Positions 24,650 through 37,389 of a stretch of DNA of 64,000 nt are shown one piece after another. The notes beneath the pieces are model-generated. The model saw only the letters and a list, made by a program, of their open reading frames with translations, did not search any database and was not told the origin of the DNA. The stretch lies in NCBI GenBank assembly GCA_965655095.1, contig OZ296649.1:4650001-4714000 (forward strand), written 5' to 3'. The stretch is from Haplodiscus bocki. Its lineage: Eukaryota. Made by a program: the position numbers and the translations under genes. Within the stretch, counting starts at the first letter, position 1; the number at the start of each line of letters is the position of its first letter.

Positions 24650-25893
24650 TTTGGTTCATACAAATGATTTGGCTAAGATAGACCAGCCCTTCAAAGTGAA
24701 AAATTTTGTAAAGTAACTCCAAGTTTAGCTACTAGTGATGAAGTTAGTACCCAAATTTTTTTTGAATTACCAGGAAAAGTTTCAGCAAAATATGTAAAAG
24801 ATAGTTGATTAGAATTAGATGTTGATGCTAGCGATCATACCACTGGTGGTAGATAAAGATGGGCACAAAAAATTTGACTGGTAAACTTTGCGCCGATAAC
24901 TATTTATATAGATAATACATTAACAACCAGTAACAGAAAACAACTATAAACTATCTCTAACGATCATTTTTTTGTTTGATCTATAAATTAACGACAATCA
25001 GCAAAAATAGTGATTTTTCCATTGGTTTTCACCAGGACCCAGCAGAAATATTAAGAGATATTCACGAACATAAGGATGTTAAAATAGGGAGAATTTTTCA
25101 TACTGAGATTTATTTGAAGGATGTTTTCGGATTTGCAGAATTTGAAAAAATTGATTCTTATGGTTTGATGTATCTATCATCAATGCAAAGGAATCCGAAT
25201 ACAAAAGTAGTAGTACAAGGATTAGGAGAAGCTGATGCAGCAGATGTTTTTATAAATGACTTTGGTTGGTATGTACCACAAAAATACTCCTCACATACCT
25301 CAGCAAATATTACAACAGGAACATACTAATTCTACAGCTCCAACACAACTGTCATACATTGAATGATCTGTTTTTGTGGACAAATTATTTGTTTTTTTTT
25401 CCTACTTTGAGAGTGAAAGGCGGATAAAAACGTGCCAGTATATGTTTGTGCTAGATTTCCTAAAAAGAAATAGAAGTGATAACACAGCTAAGGAGAATGG
25501 TGTTTCTATACACCTCATGTTAATAGTGCCCAATGTATTTTTGGAACAGAGATTTATCATGAAACAGGTATACAAACAGATTATGTTAAATCTTAGAATT
25601 TTCAAGCTTATGGTGAGCTCTTATCGTGTTTCAAACATTTATCAGGACATAATAATTTTCAACTTCGCATATCTCAACGTGGTTTCCGGAGAGATGGAAA
25701 TTTTAATTTAAACGTTTTTCATACACGGTACCTAAAGCAAATTTCTAGCCCTCAAAGTGTAAAAATTGCTTTTAAATTTAGTACTAAATCCGCTCTTGCT
25801 ATCCGAGCTGGTACAATTGACTATGCAATATTCCTAATAAAAAAATTTTTTTGAATCAGTAGTGATAGTCGAAGACATTTTGGTTTAATCTAA
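24650..25893 (+). pseudogene. Probable major capsid protein (double jelly-roll), copy 2
   Basis: ~410-codon beta-rich frame (YLKDVFGFAE...YGL...INDFGWYVP) ending ISSDSRRHFGLI*. Size and position fit a Polinton MCP; the fold is inferred. Confidence 0.65.
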
Positions 25894-26720
25894 TTTTATT
25901 TTTTTTCTTGAAAATCTTATTTCCCTCCATTGCTATTTATTTTTTCTGAAGCAAATTTTCGTTAATTCCTTCAGGCAAAAATTCCGTAAGGTAGGTTGAT
26001 ATATTATCATCATTGATTCTTGTAGTTGTACACAGCTTTTAGGACCAGTTTGTTGTAATCACCATTAGAAAAAAGATTTTTCTTTTCTGCAGTCGTAACC
26101 ACATCTGTCTTATAAAACTTTGGTTTTAATTTATGTCTACTGTCTAAATATTTTTGCCAAAGACAAGCTTGATTCTTTTTAAAATTTAGCTTCAATTGGT
26201 GTTGAAGTACGTTCTGTATTAATTATCCGCTTTGTTACTGCGTTTATTTCGTATATCCAGTTTGCATTACGTTTTCGAAAACAGCTTTTATAAGAAGACC
26301 TTTAATAGTTCCAAAAATTTTTCCAGCGATTACCGCTTCTTTTGATGTTTAGCGACTGTCTGTTCTGATTTTTTTCGCTGGAGGAATTGAAGTTTATGTT
26401 GAAAAATTCTTTTCCACCACCAGTGTCTTTTAAATTTGGTGATCTTTTCGAGATTTTAAGGATGTTTTCATAAGAAAATTTTATTGTTCGAGCAATTTTG
26501 TTTTTCAAAGCTACTGTGCATTCAAATTTGCTAATAATGTCGAATAATCCTAAGACATGAAACATTTATTATTTTTTGGCCCAAAAAGGCTTAAGTCTAA
26601 TAAATCCATGCTCCTGATTTCATCTACGTAAAATTTATGAATTTTGTCGGTAGCTTATTTAGTTTTCAGGGCTTGGCATAACTCTCCTTGAAAAAAACAT
26701 TTGTTGTTCTCTTGCCCTTT
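25890..26720 (-). pseudogene. Retroviral-type (rve) integrase of Polinton copy 2
   Basis: VLGLFDIISKFECTVALKNK...KRSPNLKDTGGGKEFFN and C-terminal KPKFYKTDVVTTAEKKNLFSNGD. Confidence 0.85.
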
Positions 26721-28780
26721 TAAATGATTAGGTTCATATCGATGTTCATAAAGACTTCGGTTTACGCTTTCATCTTCCTAAATATAATATCATTCATCAT
26801 TAAGTCTGTGTAAAACCATCTTTGGTTAAAGGTGCCAAGAACAAAACAAAACAAAACCAATACCACTACTATCAGAAACCCTTTTCCTTTGTCCTAACTC
26901 ATCCTAAACCTAACCCGTTTTTTTGTCTAATTGTTTTTTCTCTACTTATAAGCAATCTGTATCCATATAAAAAACACTCTTAGTTTTGAATGCGTTTAAT
27001 ACTTTTATATAAACTTCATTCTTTTTTTTCTGTCGATCAAAACAGCATGTAAAGGCGATGGAATTCTCCTAAGTTTTGAGGTTGCATCATCAACTATTCC
27101 CTACCATTTTCAATTTTGACAACCTAACATCGATTTTCAAAGTTGGGATGATCTTGAAGTCAATCAAGTCGTTCATTTTCCATCTTGCGGTTTTGAAGTC
27201 ATGCTCGTAATCTAAATCTTTCCTAATAAAGGAACAAAATGAAGAATTCATTTTTAACTTTATCAATTCTTGTAATTTTATCTTCCCCTTTTCCTTTATT
27301 TTGTTTTCCGAGGAGAAAACAACTTTTTTAAAATTCTTTTCAATAAAAGAATTTTAAAATAATCTCTATTTAACACTCTTTTATATATCTTAATTTATGT
27401 TCCGCTAATTCTAGCAATTTCCTGAATTTCGATTGATGTTGAAGTATCAATTATAACGCAATTTCTTATCCTGTTAATAATATGTTTTTCCGCACTCTCC
27501 TCAACAGGTACGTGTTGTACGTTTTATTTTTCCAGTAAGTTAAGTCTTTGGAATTCCTGAATTAGCTGCTGAATCTTCCGTACTTTTAACTCCAGACCTT
27601 TTTCTATTAATTCTTTTATCAAGTGTCTCATTCATATCTTTAGTGAAAAGAAAACGCGTTTCAATTTTTTATTAAACTGATCCGATAAAAGACATCGCTC
27701 TAGGACACAAAAACTTAGGATCAAAATAGAATAATAAATCCTCCCTTTCAATTTGTTGAAAATTCTTAGAAAATGGTGATTCTGAAAGTTTTTTGTTGAG
27801 AATTTTTTTTTTCCATCGCTGTTTTTTTTAGTCAGCACATTAACTTTCATGTTCTCTTTCATTTTCATCTTCATTTTCCTTCATGTTTCTTGCCTTTTCT
27901 TCTGAGATATCAAAGATCATAAAATTTATTTAGGATCAGAAAGATCATGAAATTTGATCAAATATCTAGTATAAACTACATCGTCACAATCATATTTCAG
28001 AGAGATTTGATCTATAGAAGCATTGTAAGCTTCAATGTTTTTCGGAGGCATGCATGTTTTGTTAATCGTCGTTCTGATTCTGAGTCTACCTCTTAACAGG
28101 GAAATGGTAGTTGTAGGTTTTATCATTTGTCCCATATCAAAAAAAATTCAGATTTTCATCGGATCTTTCAGTTGTATCTATGTTGAAAAACATACGTATC
28201 TTTGGAACGTCCTCTCTCTTAGGTTTTAATTTCCTTTCTGGTCCTGACTTCGTTTTTTCACTTATTTCATCTAATTTTTTGAACGCTTGATCCATGTTAA
28301 CTGACATGCAATCACTTCCTGAAGGGTCAAGGATCTGTGATCCAGTTTTGTTTTTTGTTCTTTTTTTTTTCAATGCTCTGCATCTTTTCTTCTTGTGTAG
28401 AAGTATATGTTGTTTACTCTTCGGTTGAAACTTTTTCCTTGCAAAATGTACCTTTTTTTCATCTTGTTTTTAAATGGATCTTCTTTTGTTATATCGTTTT
28501 TCCGATCGGTTTACTGGTGAGATTACTTTTTCAAATTAAATTCGTTTGTTTGTTTTCCACATGAAATTTCAATATTTTTTGTGATTTTGGCAATCAGTTA
28601 TCTCAACATGAAGTTCACAAAAAAGTACATTTGAATTGACAAATTTGGTCTTCCTCAAAAATGATTTGACATATTTCACATTTGATTTCATCACCAAATT
28701 TTATGGATGAATATTTCTTTTCAAATGGTTGTGAAAGCAAGTTCTAGTATAACATTTCTTGCAAAAATCAGAAAATAAAT
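26720..28780 (-). pseudogene. Protein-primed family B DNA polymerase, copy 2 (internally deleted)
   Basis: Motif A-like FDPKFLCPRAM (~27720), motif B-like IKLKMNSSF...IRKD (~27250), motif C FYMDTDCL (~26965). Confidence 0.8.
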
Positions 28781-28835
28781 CTTTTCTATTATTTAGAAAC
28801 GGGTTAGTTTTGTGAAAGATGATACCAATTTTTTT

Positions 28836-29729
28836 CTTTTGTACGATTTCCTACTACACACAAATCAGCAGCAGAGAGTGCAGATTTGCGAGTATGTGGA
28901 ATAAAAATAATCATAAATATAAATGGAAAAAACGGAAAAAGAAGGAAAAAATTTGGCCATGGTTAACATTATAGGCAATTGTTTATTGTATTATTTTTTC
29001 ACGCTTGAAACAGAAAAAAAATTGTTACCAGCCGAACAAGATTTTTGAGCAAATTACAGCAGGTATCAGCCCGTCAGGACTCATTTCCACTTACACCTCC
29101 ACAGCAGCTGTAATGCTTTTTAAGAACTGTGAGTTTGGTGATTATCTTCCTACAGCAGGCGCCTATTTCAAAGACTGGGGACGTCAGGCTTACCGGAAGA
29201 ATAAAACCAAAACACTCCGGTTAAGGCCTGAACCGGTCAATGACATTATCACTAAGCTATAGGATGTAAAACTAGACTGGTTCTATTTGTATACTTGCTC
29301 TTAATTTAGTTGATGATGATAGAAGAATACCTTGGCGTAAGTGTATATGCATTCACTTTAAAAAAATGTGTATAAAATTAATAATCAACACAAAAAACGT
29401 GCATAAAAAGCTTATAATGCAAAAAAGAATTCCTGCTTGAAAAAGATCATAGTGCAAAAAATATACGTGGAAAGGTACACAACAGAAATGACCTGTATGA
29501 AAATGTGCATCAACGAAAAAGTATACGTTAAAATTTGCAAAACTCAAAAAATATACGTAACGTAAAAATTTAATAAAGTATGACGTTATATTATGTTTTG
29601 TGGGAGTTTTTTTTTGTATTGGTGTGATTTTCCTTTCGCGTTTTGGTGCGATTTGCGAAAAGTAGTAGTAGTATCGAAAATAGTGGATGTTAGAGGAAGG
29701 CTGAAACATCCGCTGTTTTCTATACTACT
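28836..29729 (-). repeat. Right terminal inverted repeat of Polinton copy 2
   Basis: Inverted homolog of 16085-16960, ending in ACTACT and followed by the TSD. Confidence 0.88.
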
Positions 29730-32700
29730 ATCATTTCCAAAAAAAAAAGGAAATTCATCCAGAATAATAAAAGAATCAACGTTTTTTTCTCGTGGATCTT
29801 CTGATTATATGAGAAAATGAGGTAATCGGATGACAAAGATCCATTCTGAGACAAAAGAAGCGTCTCAAGATTTGGCTCCATTTTTGCAGTAATTTTCTTC
29901 TGATGTGGTTCTCTCAAATTGCTTTTTCAAAGAAGTGAATGTGACACTTTTTGTCGATTTATCTGAAGATACATTTTGAAAGCCTTTGTTCCTGAAGTAT
30001 TTGCTTCGTTTCAACCTGCTGCGTAATTTGAAACTAATCTGGTACCCATATTCTCAGGATTGGTGGAGTTTGGCAATTTTGATTCCGGAATTCTTTTTCC
30101 GGAATATTTTATAGCAAAATTTCAAGCTAAACTGCATGAATTTTTTTTTCATTAGTCACTTCAAAAATTGTCGATTTCCACCGGTGGCTAGAAGTTTTCT
30201 ACCGGTGGACCATCGAGTTTCATTGATGAAAATTTGAATAACCTGCCCCTAACTGACCGGTGGCCAAATATTAACCATACATAGCTACCGGTGGGTTCGA
30301 TGGAATCACTATGGCTATCGATGAGATGCTATGGAGTCTCCGTACGGGCCAGAAATTGAAATAACGTATTCTGTATCGAAGTGGCGCGAAAGATTTGGAG
30401 AACTCAGTTATGTCTCGAAACTCGAGTATGAAATGGTTAATGCAGGTGCTGCGCCTCATAACTAATCCTATACCACCCAAATTACAACAATCGGACAAAC
30501 AAAAGTGAAGAAATTACTAAAACAACAAAGACCACCACTCTCAGAATGCATTAGTGAGTACAAGACGTCAACCCAGAATTTTTAGAAACCTACACAAAAT
30601 TTTTGACGCTATCTTTGTCTCAGAATGCATCTGGAGGCCAAATTTATGGCAAAGGAGAGCATGATCTTCCACAGCAAATTTTGGCCCTTACTACGTTTTT
30701 TGGGGAGATATTAGTTCTTACTGGAAATGGTTTTTGGAGTTTGACAGCTTTGATGTGAATTTTTGGTTTTAATAGTTTCAACTTTTTTGATATGTTGTGA
30801 ATTTAATATTTTCTTCCCTATTTCGTTTTCTGAGAATTAAAAAGCTGATTCCAGAGCGATTAAGTGTTCCCTAAGTTCTTATTCCCATTCAAGGTCCATG
30901 CAATCCCGTGCTTAAAATCGACATGGGCATGCAAGGGAATACATGAGATGTCAGTACGGGTAGACCGTTCCCGATGTTTAACTCGCCTCTACCTTTTTAA
31001 TTTTAGAAGTATATTGAAAATAGATACATGCTCAAATATGCATTGGCTACAAGACAAATATTTGGCTGATCGATCCATGTAAATGGAATGATCTTCAACT
31101 AAAATGCAGTGAGTGGGATGAACTTATTGGTGTCACAGAATGGGACATTTAGGTTTGTTAAGTTGTGCCAGTGTAAAAGTTGAAGGAGCTGAGTGACGTG
31201 TTCCTTTGCACTCATGTTTAGTTGTAAGTATGAAGCTCTTAGGCAAAGACAACAGTCAATTAGAAAAACGCTGGAAGGACTTGTATGGAGACATGTTGAT
31301 GATTATTTCGAGTGTTGGAGATACATTGATCAATCTCTTTGGAGATATTGTTGCAGAATATTGTTTGGCTTGCTATCCAATTAGGTAAAATTGGACAAGG
31401 GTTGCTAGAAATAATTCAAAGTTTTGGGCAAATGAAAGAATCTTCAATTACTATAGCTTTTATGATTTTGTAGCAATATTTTTTCAAGTGGCATGAATTT
31501 TCTTATGCTGCGTCAATGGCCGGGAATCAGCAACAACGCAAACGGAAAAAATAACGACTTCAAACTTTTTGCCTGCTAACAGGGATGACATTTACTCTCA
31601 TTAGTTCAAGTCACGCTTAAATGACGTAACTTTCATTGACGCGGGAATTAACACCCCCGAGAATCTGAATTAATATGTTGCCATTCAATGCAGACGCTGT
31701 AAGCTCAAATAGCTGAATGTATAGAGACTAAAAAATCCTACAATTTAAGTTCAGACACTTCATTTAATTTGGAACCCACACTACATCCCACTCCAATAAA
31801 TGTTCCCTTTTTCACTCCAAGTCATCTTAAGACCTTCATCCCCTTGACAATATTTTCAATGGAAAGTTCCAACAATAATCCTAAGCAGACATGTTCAAGG
31901 CTATCTCAGCTTCTCTGTTTTTCGCTAACCTCCCTCGATAAATGAAAATTGCATTTGCTGCTTGTTTTCAAAACACTTAATTATGAATCATTTGATGTCT
32001 TTACACAGCACTAGTAGCATTTGTGTTTTTAGGAAAAAACAATCAAATTGGAAAATCGAAAATGTGAGGAAAGGACTCAATGAGAAGCGGCTTGCGGATA
32101 GAAAAAAAACAAGTAGAACAGTAGAGAAAGAGGTGAAAATTTGCTCTTTTATTGTAGCTAAGAAGCCAAAAATTTCGACCCGCTCATCAGCTAGTTTTAC
32201 TTCTAGAATGTTGTTACTTAAACAGATATCGATGGCAAATCAAGAATCGATGAATTGACATTTGATTGGTTTAGCAATTTTTATCAATTGAGGAGATCCA
32301 TAGCCGGTTGATTAATATCTACTTCTTATTAAATTTTTTCTTACTTTTGAGAGACCTTTTCAGAAAATAGACTTCAGAATTTGATGTCGTCTGAAGTTCG
32401 AACAGGTCCAGCCCAGCTCAGATTTGGCGCACAATAAATGCAGTGTATTAACGGCAGTATCACTTTAAAAATCTTTACAACCAAGGAAAATGCGAACGGC
32501 TAAAAACACGATTCAGTTAGAAGTTAATTATGAACAGACGACGTATCAGTAACAAAAATAGTCTCCAAATAGTCTGAAAATTATGAAGAAGCAAGCCAAT
32601 AACAGCTCACAATCAGCTTTCTTTGTTTCTTTGGCTCTAAATAGTTTTGGATACTTGGATAACCTAAAAGAATTTGTTTTCTGTAGCTCGAAAAATTACG

Positions 32701-34490
32701 GGTAAACGCCAGCCGCCTATAATCGAACTGCCGAAGCACTATAAAACACTGAATAAAAAACTTGATTTTTTTCGAACTTTTCCGATTCCAATGGCTGCTT
32801 CATCTCATAAAAAACATAAATATAACATAAGACATCTAAACACGATAATCTCGATCGGGACACCCAAAAAGATTGAATGGTTGAAGATTGAGTATAATCA
32901 GTGTTGGAACAACTTCTGAAAAAACTCAAAAGTTAAAGGGGAAGCCTGTATATCGACATATGAACGTTCTCCAGTTCTACTAGAGAAGTTTTGATGATCC
33001 TAAATTTTTATTATTCTGGGACAATTGAGTTGAATTTCAATGGAACAAGAGCCCCTTGCTTTAGCGAAGAGGCTGACGCATCAGGCGAATATTCTAGTTG
33101 TTCACAAATAGGTGTAAACGATTGAACGATGAGACAACGAATGCAGAGTCATGAGATCAGATCAATACTGCATTGTTTCAAAGGCACCGAAAATCATTCA
33201 ATGACAAGGGGCATTACTGGAAAGTGTCCAGCCACGAAAATGTAAGACAATAAACGACAATTAGGAACTTCAAAAACGTGACGCAAATAAGTTAAATGCA
33301 TAAGTGCTTGCTGGCCTAAGAATCTACAGCTTTTTGCTGGCCACGGCTGGAGGAGACAGGCGTGCGATACTGCATTTTTTCGGCATCTTGAAACGCAGAA
33401 GTTTGGAGAGTAGGGAGTTCGACAATTGATCGCGAAATTATACTTCTCGGACAAATTAAAACCCATTGTCAACAACTTTTTAGAATGTTTCTTCGGATTG
33501 TTGTATTCATTCTTATTTGTTCTGTCTATCTTTTCTTCGAGAATAATCCATTTCAATTCAGTGTTGTTACAGAAGAAGAATTCTCTCCTTTAAAGAATCG
33601 ATAATTGAGTTTTGCCTCCATCAAAGACACATGTCACGAAAAATGTTTTTTTCCCGGCACGGCGCAATAGTCAAAAACCAACAGTAAAAGACGTTGGGTT
33701 CGTCCTTTGTCTACGAACCCAACCAGCTTTGAATGGAATTAATTTTTGATTTTTTTTCGCAATATAAAGTTCTTGCAGATGTCAGCAACGTCTCTTGGAT
33801 AGTGGTATTAAGGTTTTGTTGAGTTAGGAAGGAAGATCTTACACTACCTTCACTACTTCTACAAAAATGTGCAGCTAAAATATCCGGCGAAGACCTCAGG
33901 TAAATTGTTCCTCATCTATAGTTACCTGCGTTTACTGGTAAATTTTTGCCGCAGGAATAAAAAATTGCAGCGCTTGCCTGTGAGCCGCTGGAAACAGCCG
34001 CGGCCGCAGATACTCATATCAAAAAATGGCTCGTAAATTTAAAAATGCCAAAAATTACGCACAGGTAAAAAATTGTCAGATCAAATGTGTTTGCCGAAAA
34101 GCAAAGTTTCAGAAAGAAGTTCCAAGGAAATAAATTGAAGTCCACTGCTAACTTGCATTGTCATTCAATGAGTTTTACCGCAATGGCTACAGAGGAAAGA
34201 TGGAATATCATTCTATTTCGACTTTTAAAAGGCAGCAATAGGAGATAAAAGTTGGGATTTTTTGCAAAAAAACACCAAAGAAAATGGAAAAAGATGCTTT
34301 GACACAGTAATAACTCTAAGCGTATGCTGTCAAACATCAAATTCACTCATTTTAAAGCCGAAAGCGAGACAAAACAACATGAACCAACAGCATGAGTTGA
34401 AGAAGATACCATACTTTCCTAAATATTTTCATTTATTGGGCGCTTAATGTCCAACTACTCTATCTTACTCTGTGAAAACAGATAAATTAA

Positions 34491-35200
34491 CCCTGGTTCA
34501 CCACCCCAGGAATAACTTACTAAGGCGCAGCCCTGGACCCCAGCCCTGCCAGCGAGAAAACCCGTAGCAAGATCTTGTTAAGAACGCCCTGCGCGCAGAC
34601 ATGCGACTTAGTAAGAATGCCTTGGGCCCAGAGATGCACCGTAGTAAAAATACTATGCATCCCAAGGGAGAAACTTCGGATCAAGATGCTTTTTTTAAGT
34701 ATGATGTCTTCCTCCACAAAAATGTAGTAGGAATCAAACAGTCGATTCAGAACCAAGCGCTTCGCATCGGTTCAGAAAACGACAAGAATGATCTTATCCA
34801 AAATGACGAGACATGACAATTTTCGGAAAAAAATGTATCATTTTGTATTTATTTTCAGAGAAGTTAAGCCATTATACAACATTTGTTTCTAGAAAATTTA
34901 GAACATGTTCGTTGGCAAAATACCTTCAACAGGTAAAGTTCGTCAAATTTCACATCCAATGGTTGATTCTGCTTGATTTTTGGGGAAATGCATAAATTAT
35001 CAGATCGTTACACAATTATGTAATGTGCACGCACTGGGCCCAGAGATAACTTTCTATGGTCCCAGGGCTGGGCCCAGGGATAACTTAGTAAACCCCATGA
35101 GTGCATCCCTGGGCCCGTACTAAGTCATCATTGGTTTCCCTGTACCCCATCCCTGTCTTACTTAGTATGCCCTATGTCATCCCTGGGTAGTCAACCCGGG
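34491..35200. mobile_element. MITE-like non-autonomous DNA transposon
   Basis: Imperfect terminal inverted repeats (CCCTGGTTCACCACCCCAGG vs reverse complement CCCGGGTTGACTACCCAGGG) and many subterminal CCCAGG/GGGCCC/TTACTAAG motifs; no clear TSD. Confidence 0.5.
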
Positions 35201-35789
35201 AACATGAAAAGGCCGGAAATTTTACCAGTGACCCGCCTGTATTTCGGTCCCACAGGTGGTCTACATGCGGTACATGTAATAGCAGATAATTTTAGATGTA
35301 AGATGTAATAGATCTAGTTTTTTCAGCAATATTAAACTAGCCCCCCTCCCAAAGTTAGTATGTTCAGACTCAAATAAAGTTTCTTCGTTGTCTCCCAAAA
35401 CTTATGAGCAAGAAGTAAGAAATATTTTCTTAGACCTCAAGCTCAGCATAATAAGAGTGCTGCTGTTATGAGTGAACAACGAACTTTCAGTCATGTCAAA
35501 GTTGGTCATGTCAAATAAACACGCATGATGTGTTTTTGTCACACATACTATATTAGATGGCAGGCTTGAAAACACTTGAAAACTTACTTACTTGATTACT
35601 TTTATTGTCGATGCTTTTGCTTTAGAAAAAACTGACTCTTGTGGTCACTTTGTTTTTAAAATTTTTTCAAAATCACAAAAAGTTGTCCCAAATTTTTTCA
35701 TAACATTTTCGAGGTCCCAAAATATTAAAGCTTGCAAGTTGTTTACATGAAGCACGGGCATGTGCTCTGAAACACCGGGAAACTCCTTT

Positions 35790-35960
35790 TTATGAAAAAT
35801 ATAGGTACTGTGAGAAAAACAAAATTTCGACAAAATATTGTGATATCCCCTTATGGAAACAAAATTTTCGATACCAGAAAGTTGTAGAAACACAAAAAGG
35901 GCACTCTCACCAACTTTGTCTGTGAGACAAAAAATTTTTGACATGTGTGTTTTGACCCTA
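35790..35960 (-). repeat. Fragment of the ~120-bp satellite family
   Basis: TTTTCGATACCAGAAA and CTGTGAGACAAAAAATTT are reverse complements of motifs in 7762-8230. Confidence 0.6.
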
Positions 35961-36139
35961 TATGGCTTAATGAATTTTTCGCGAGTGACAGATGGCAGAG
36001 CATTTTTTGTGATGTTCTCAGCTTACTTGAATTTTGAAATACAATATCTGCAAAAAAACTGCCATACAGAAGCACAAACCATTGTTTCAACTGCAACTGC
36101 CAAACAACAGTGAAACGTCCTAAAAATTCGAATTTTTTC

Positions 36140-36400
36140 AAGAAAAAATAGTATTGTCAACTTTCACCAATTTAACGGGACACACTGGATAGCATACATA
36201 TTTGAGAACTACTTTGTGGTTGTCCACCAACAAAATTATTGTCTGATTTTAAATTTAAAAAACTTGGAAATGATGTTTTTTTTCTGAATATAAGATACAA
36301 AGAATTGATAGTTATTGCGGTGCCTATTTTTCATACAATATTTACTTGACTGAAAAGTAAAAAAAGACTTCAAATCAGCTTTGTTATATTTACATTATAA
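36140..36400 (+). pseudogene. Adenain-like cysteine protease, copy 3 (5'-truncated)
   Basis: SIVNFHQFNGTHWIAYIFENYF...GCPP...SEYKIQRIDSYCGAY, retaining the catalytic His and Cys motifs. Confidence 0.8.
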
Positions 36401-36599
36401 TAAAAAAACGCAAAACGAAAAAAGACAACAGTGTATAATTAACCCCTGTAGACAGGAACAATATCCACCCGAGAAATGAACTAGTGACTGAGTCATTTAC
36501 AGGAGACACAGCCAAAAATAAGCGCAAAAGAAAAACAATCAAAAAAGTTATTAAAAGAATGTTGGGCAAAGTATCTCCTGAAGGATTTAGAGTTTTTAA

Positions 36600-37370
36600 T
36601 TGAACTTCAATTTGACATAGGAGTTAATTTTATTGTATAGAAAAAAAATGATACATTAATTGAACAAACAAATACAAGACCGCAGGAGACCCTAAAATTT
36701 AAAATAAACAGATCAAAACAATTTTTTTCATTTAATACACGCTTAGAACTAAAAGACCACAGATGGGTGACGGGAGCAATTAGTTGCGAGGTGTTTAACT
36801 CTATTTTAACATAACATAAAAAAAAAACAAAATTTTTATAACTTTTTCTCCCGGTTATTATGATGATATTACTACAATTAAAGGCATAGAAAAAACAATC
36901 GTCAAAAAGTGGGAACAAAATGAATACGCAAAATGAAGTTGAGACAAAAATAGGAAAACCACCTTATCAATATTTATCTGATATTGATTATAATCTTCCA
37001 AGGAAAATTATTCAAGCAATCTATTGATGAAAAAAATTAAAAAGATTTTGAACATATGATAAACTGAAAGAATTCAATGTTAGAAGGAATTTTTGAAATA
37101 TTAGACGAAAACTATGATGAGTCGCCTACAAAATAATAGTCAATACCAGAAGGAACTTATGAAGATTACTTAAAAATAATGAAGCCCTTCCTCATCTTGT
37201 AACCGTTGAATTTTACACGAGAATATTGAAAACCACTATGACATAATACAGTGGAAAAGAAAAAACGGAATTGAAATTTGAAAGAAAATTCTTTTTTTTT
37301 CAATACGAAAATGGGATTTTCTCCGGATTTAGAAAACAATGCCTGAAAACATAAATGTTTCCGAAAACCT
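36600..37370 (+). pseudogene. Minor capsid (penton)-like gene A, copy 3
   Basis: DTLIEQTNTRPQETLKFKINRSKQFFSF N-terminus and IPEGTYE motif. Confidence 0.6.
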
Positions 37371-37389
37371 ATTTTTTAAACATGATTGC

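Larger units (their letters stand above)
16085..29729 (+). mobile_element. Full-length degenerate Polinton/Maverick (adintovirus-like) element, copy 2 (13,645 bp)
   Basis: 6-bp TSD ATCATT (16079-16084 and 29730-29735); right end ACTACT; ~880-bp TIRs; remnants of protease, capsids, ATPase, integrase and pPolB. Confidence 0.92.
15610..30960. mobile_element. Putative older non-autonomous TIR element interrupted by Polinton copy 2
   Basis: CCCGTACTGAGATCCCATGC... (15610) vs reverse complement of the sequence ending at 30960: 31/39 identical; CATGC-rich subterminal repeats on both sides. Confidence 0.45.

Noticed and set aside
30170-30350. Four ACCGGTGG motifs
   Set aside because: Probably subterminal repeats of a small element, but termini and TSD could not be defined.
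31140-31390. Possible host exon (ORFs 31193 and 31206, followed by AG/GTAAAA)
   Set aside because: No recognisable domain, no clear acceptor and no partner exons.
32670-33560. Coding-like sequence that might be a transposase remnant
   Set aside because: No diagnostic motif could be recovered by manual translation.
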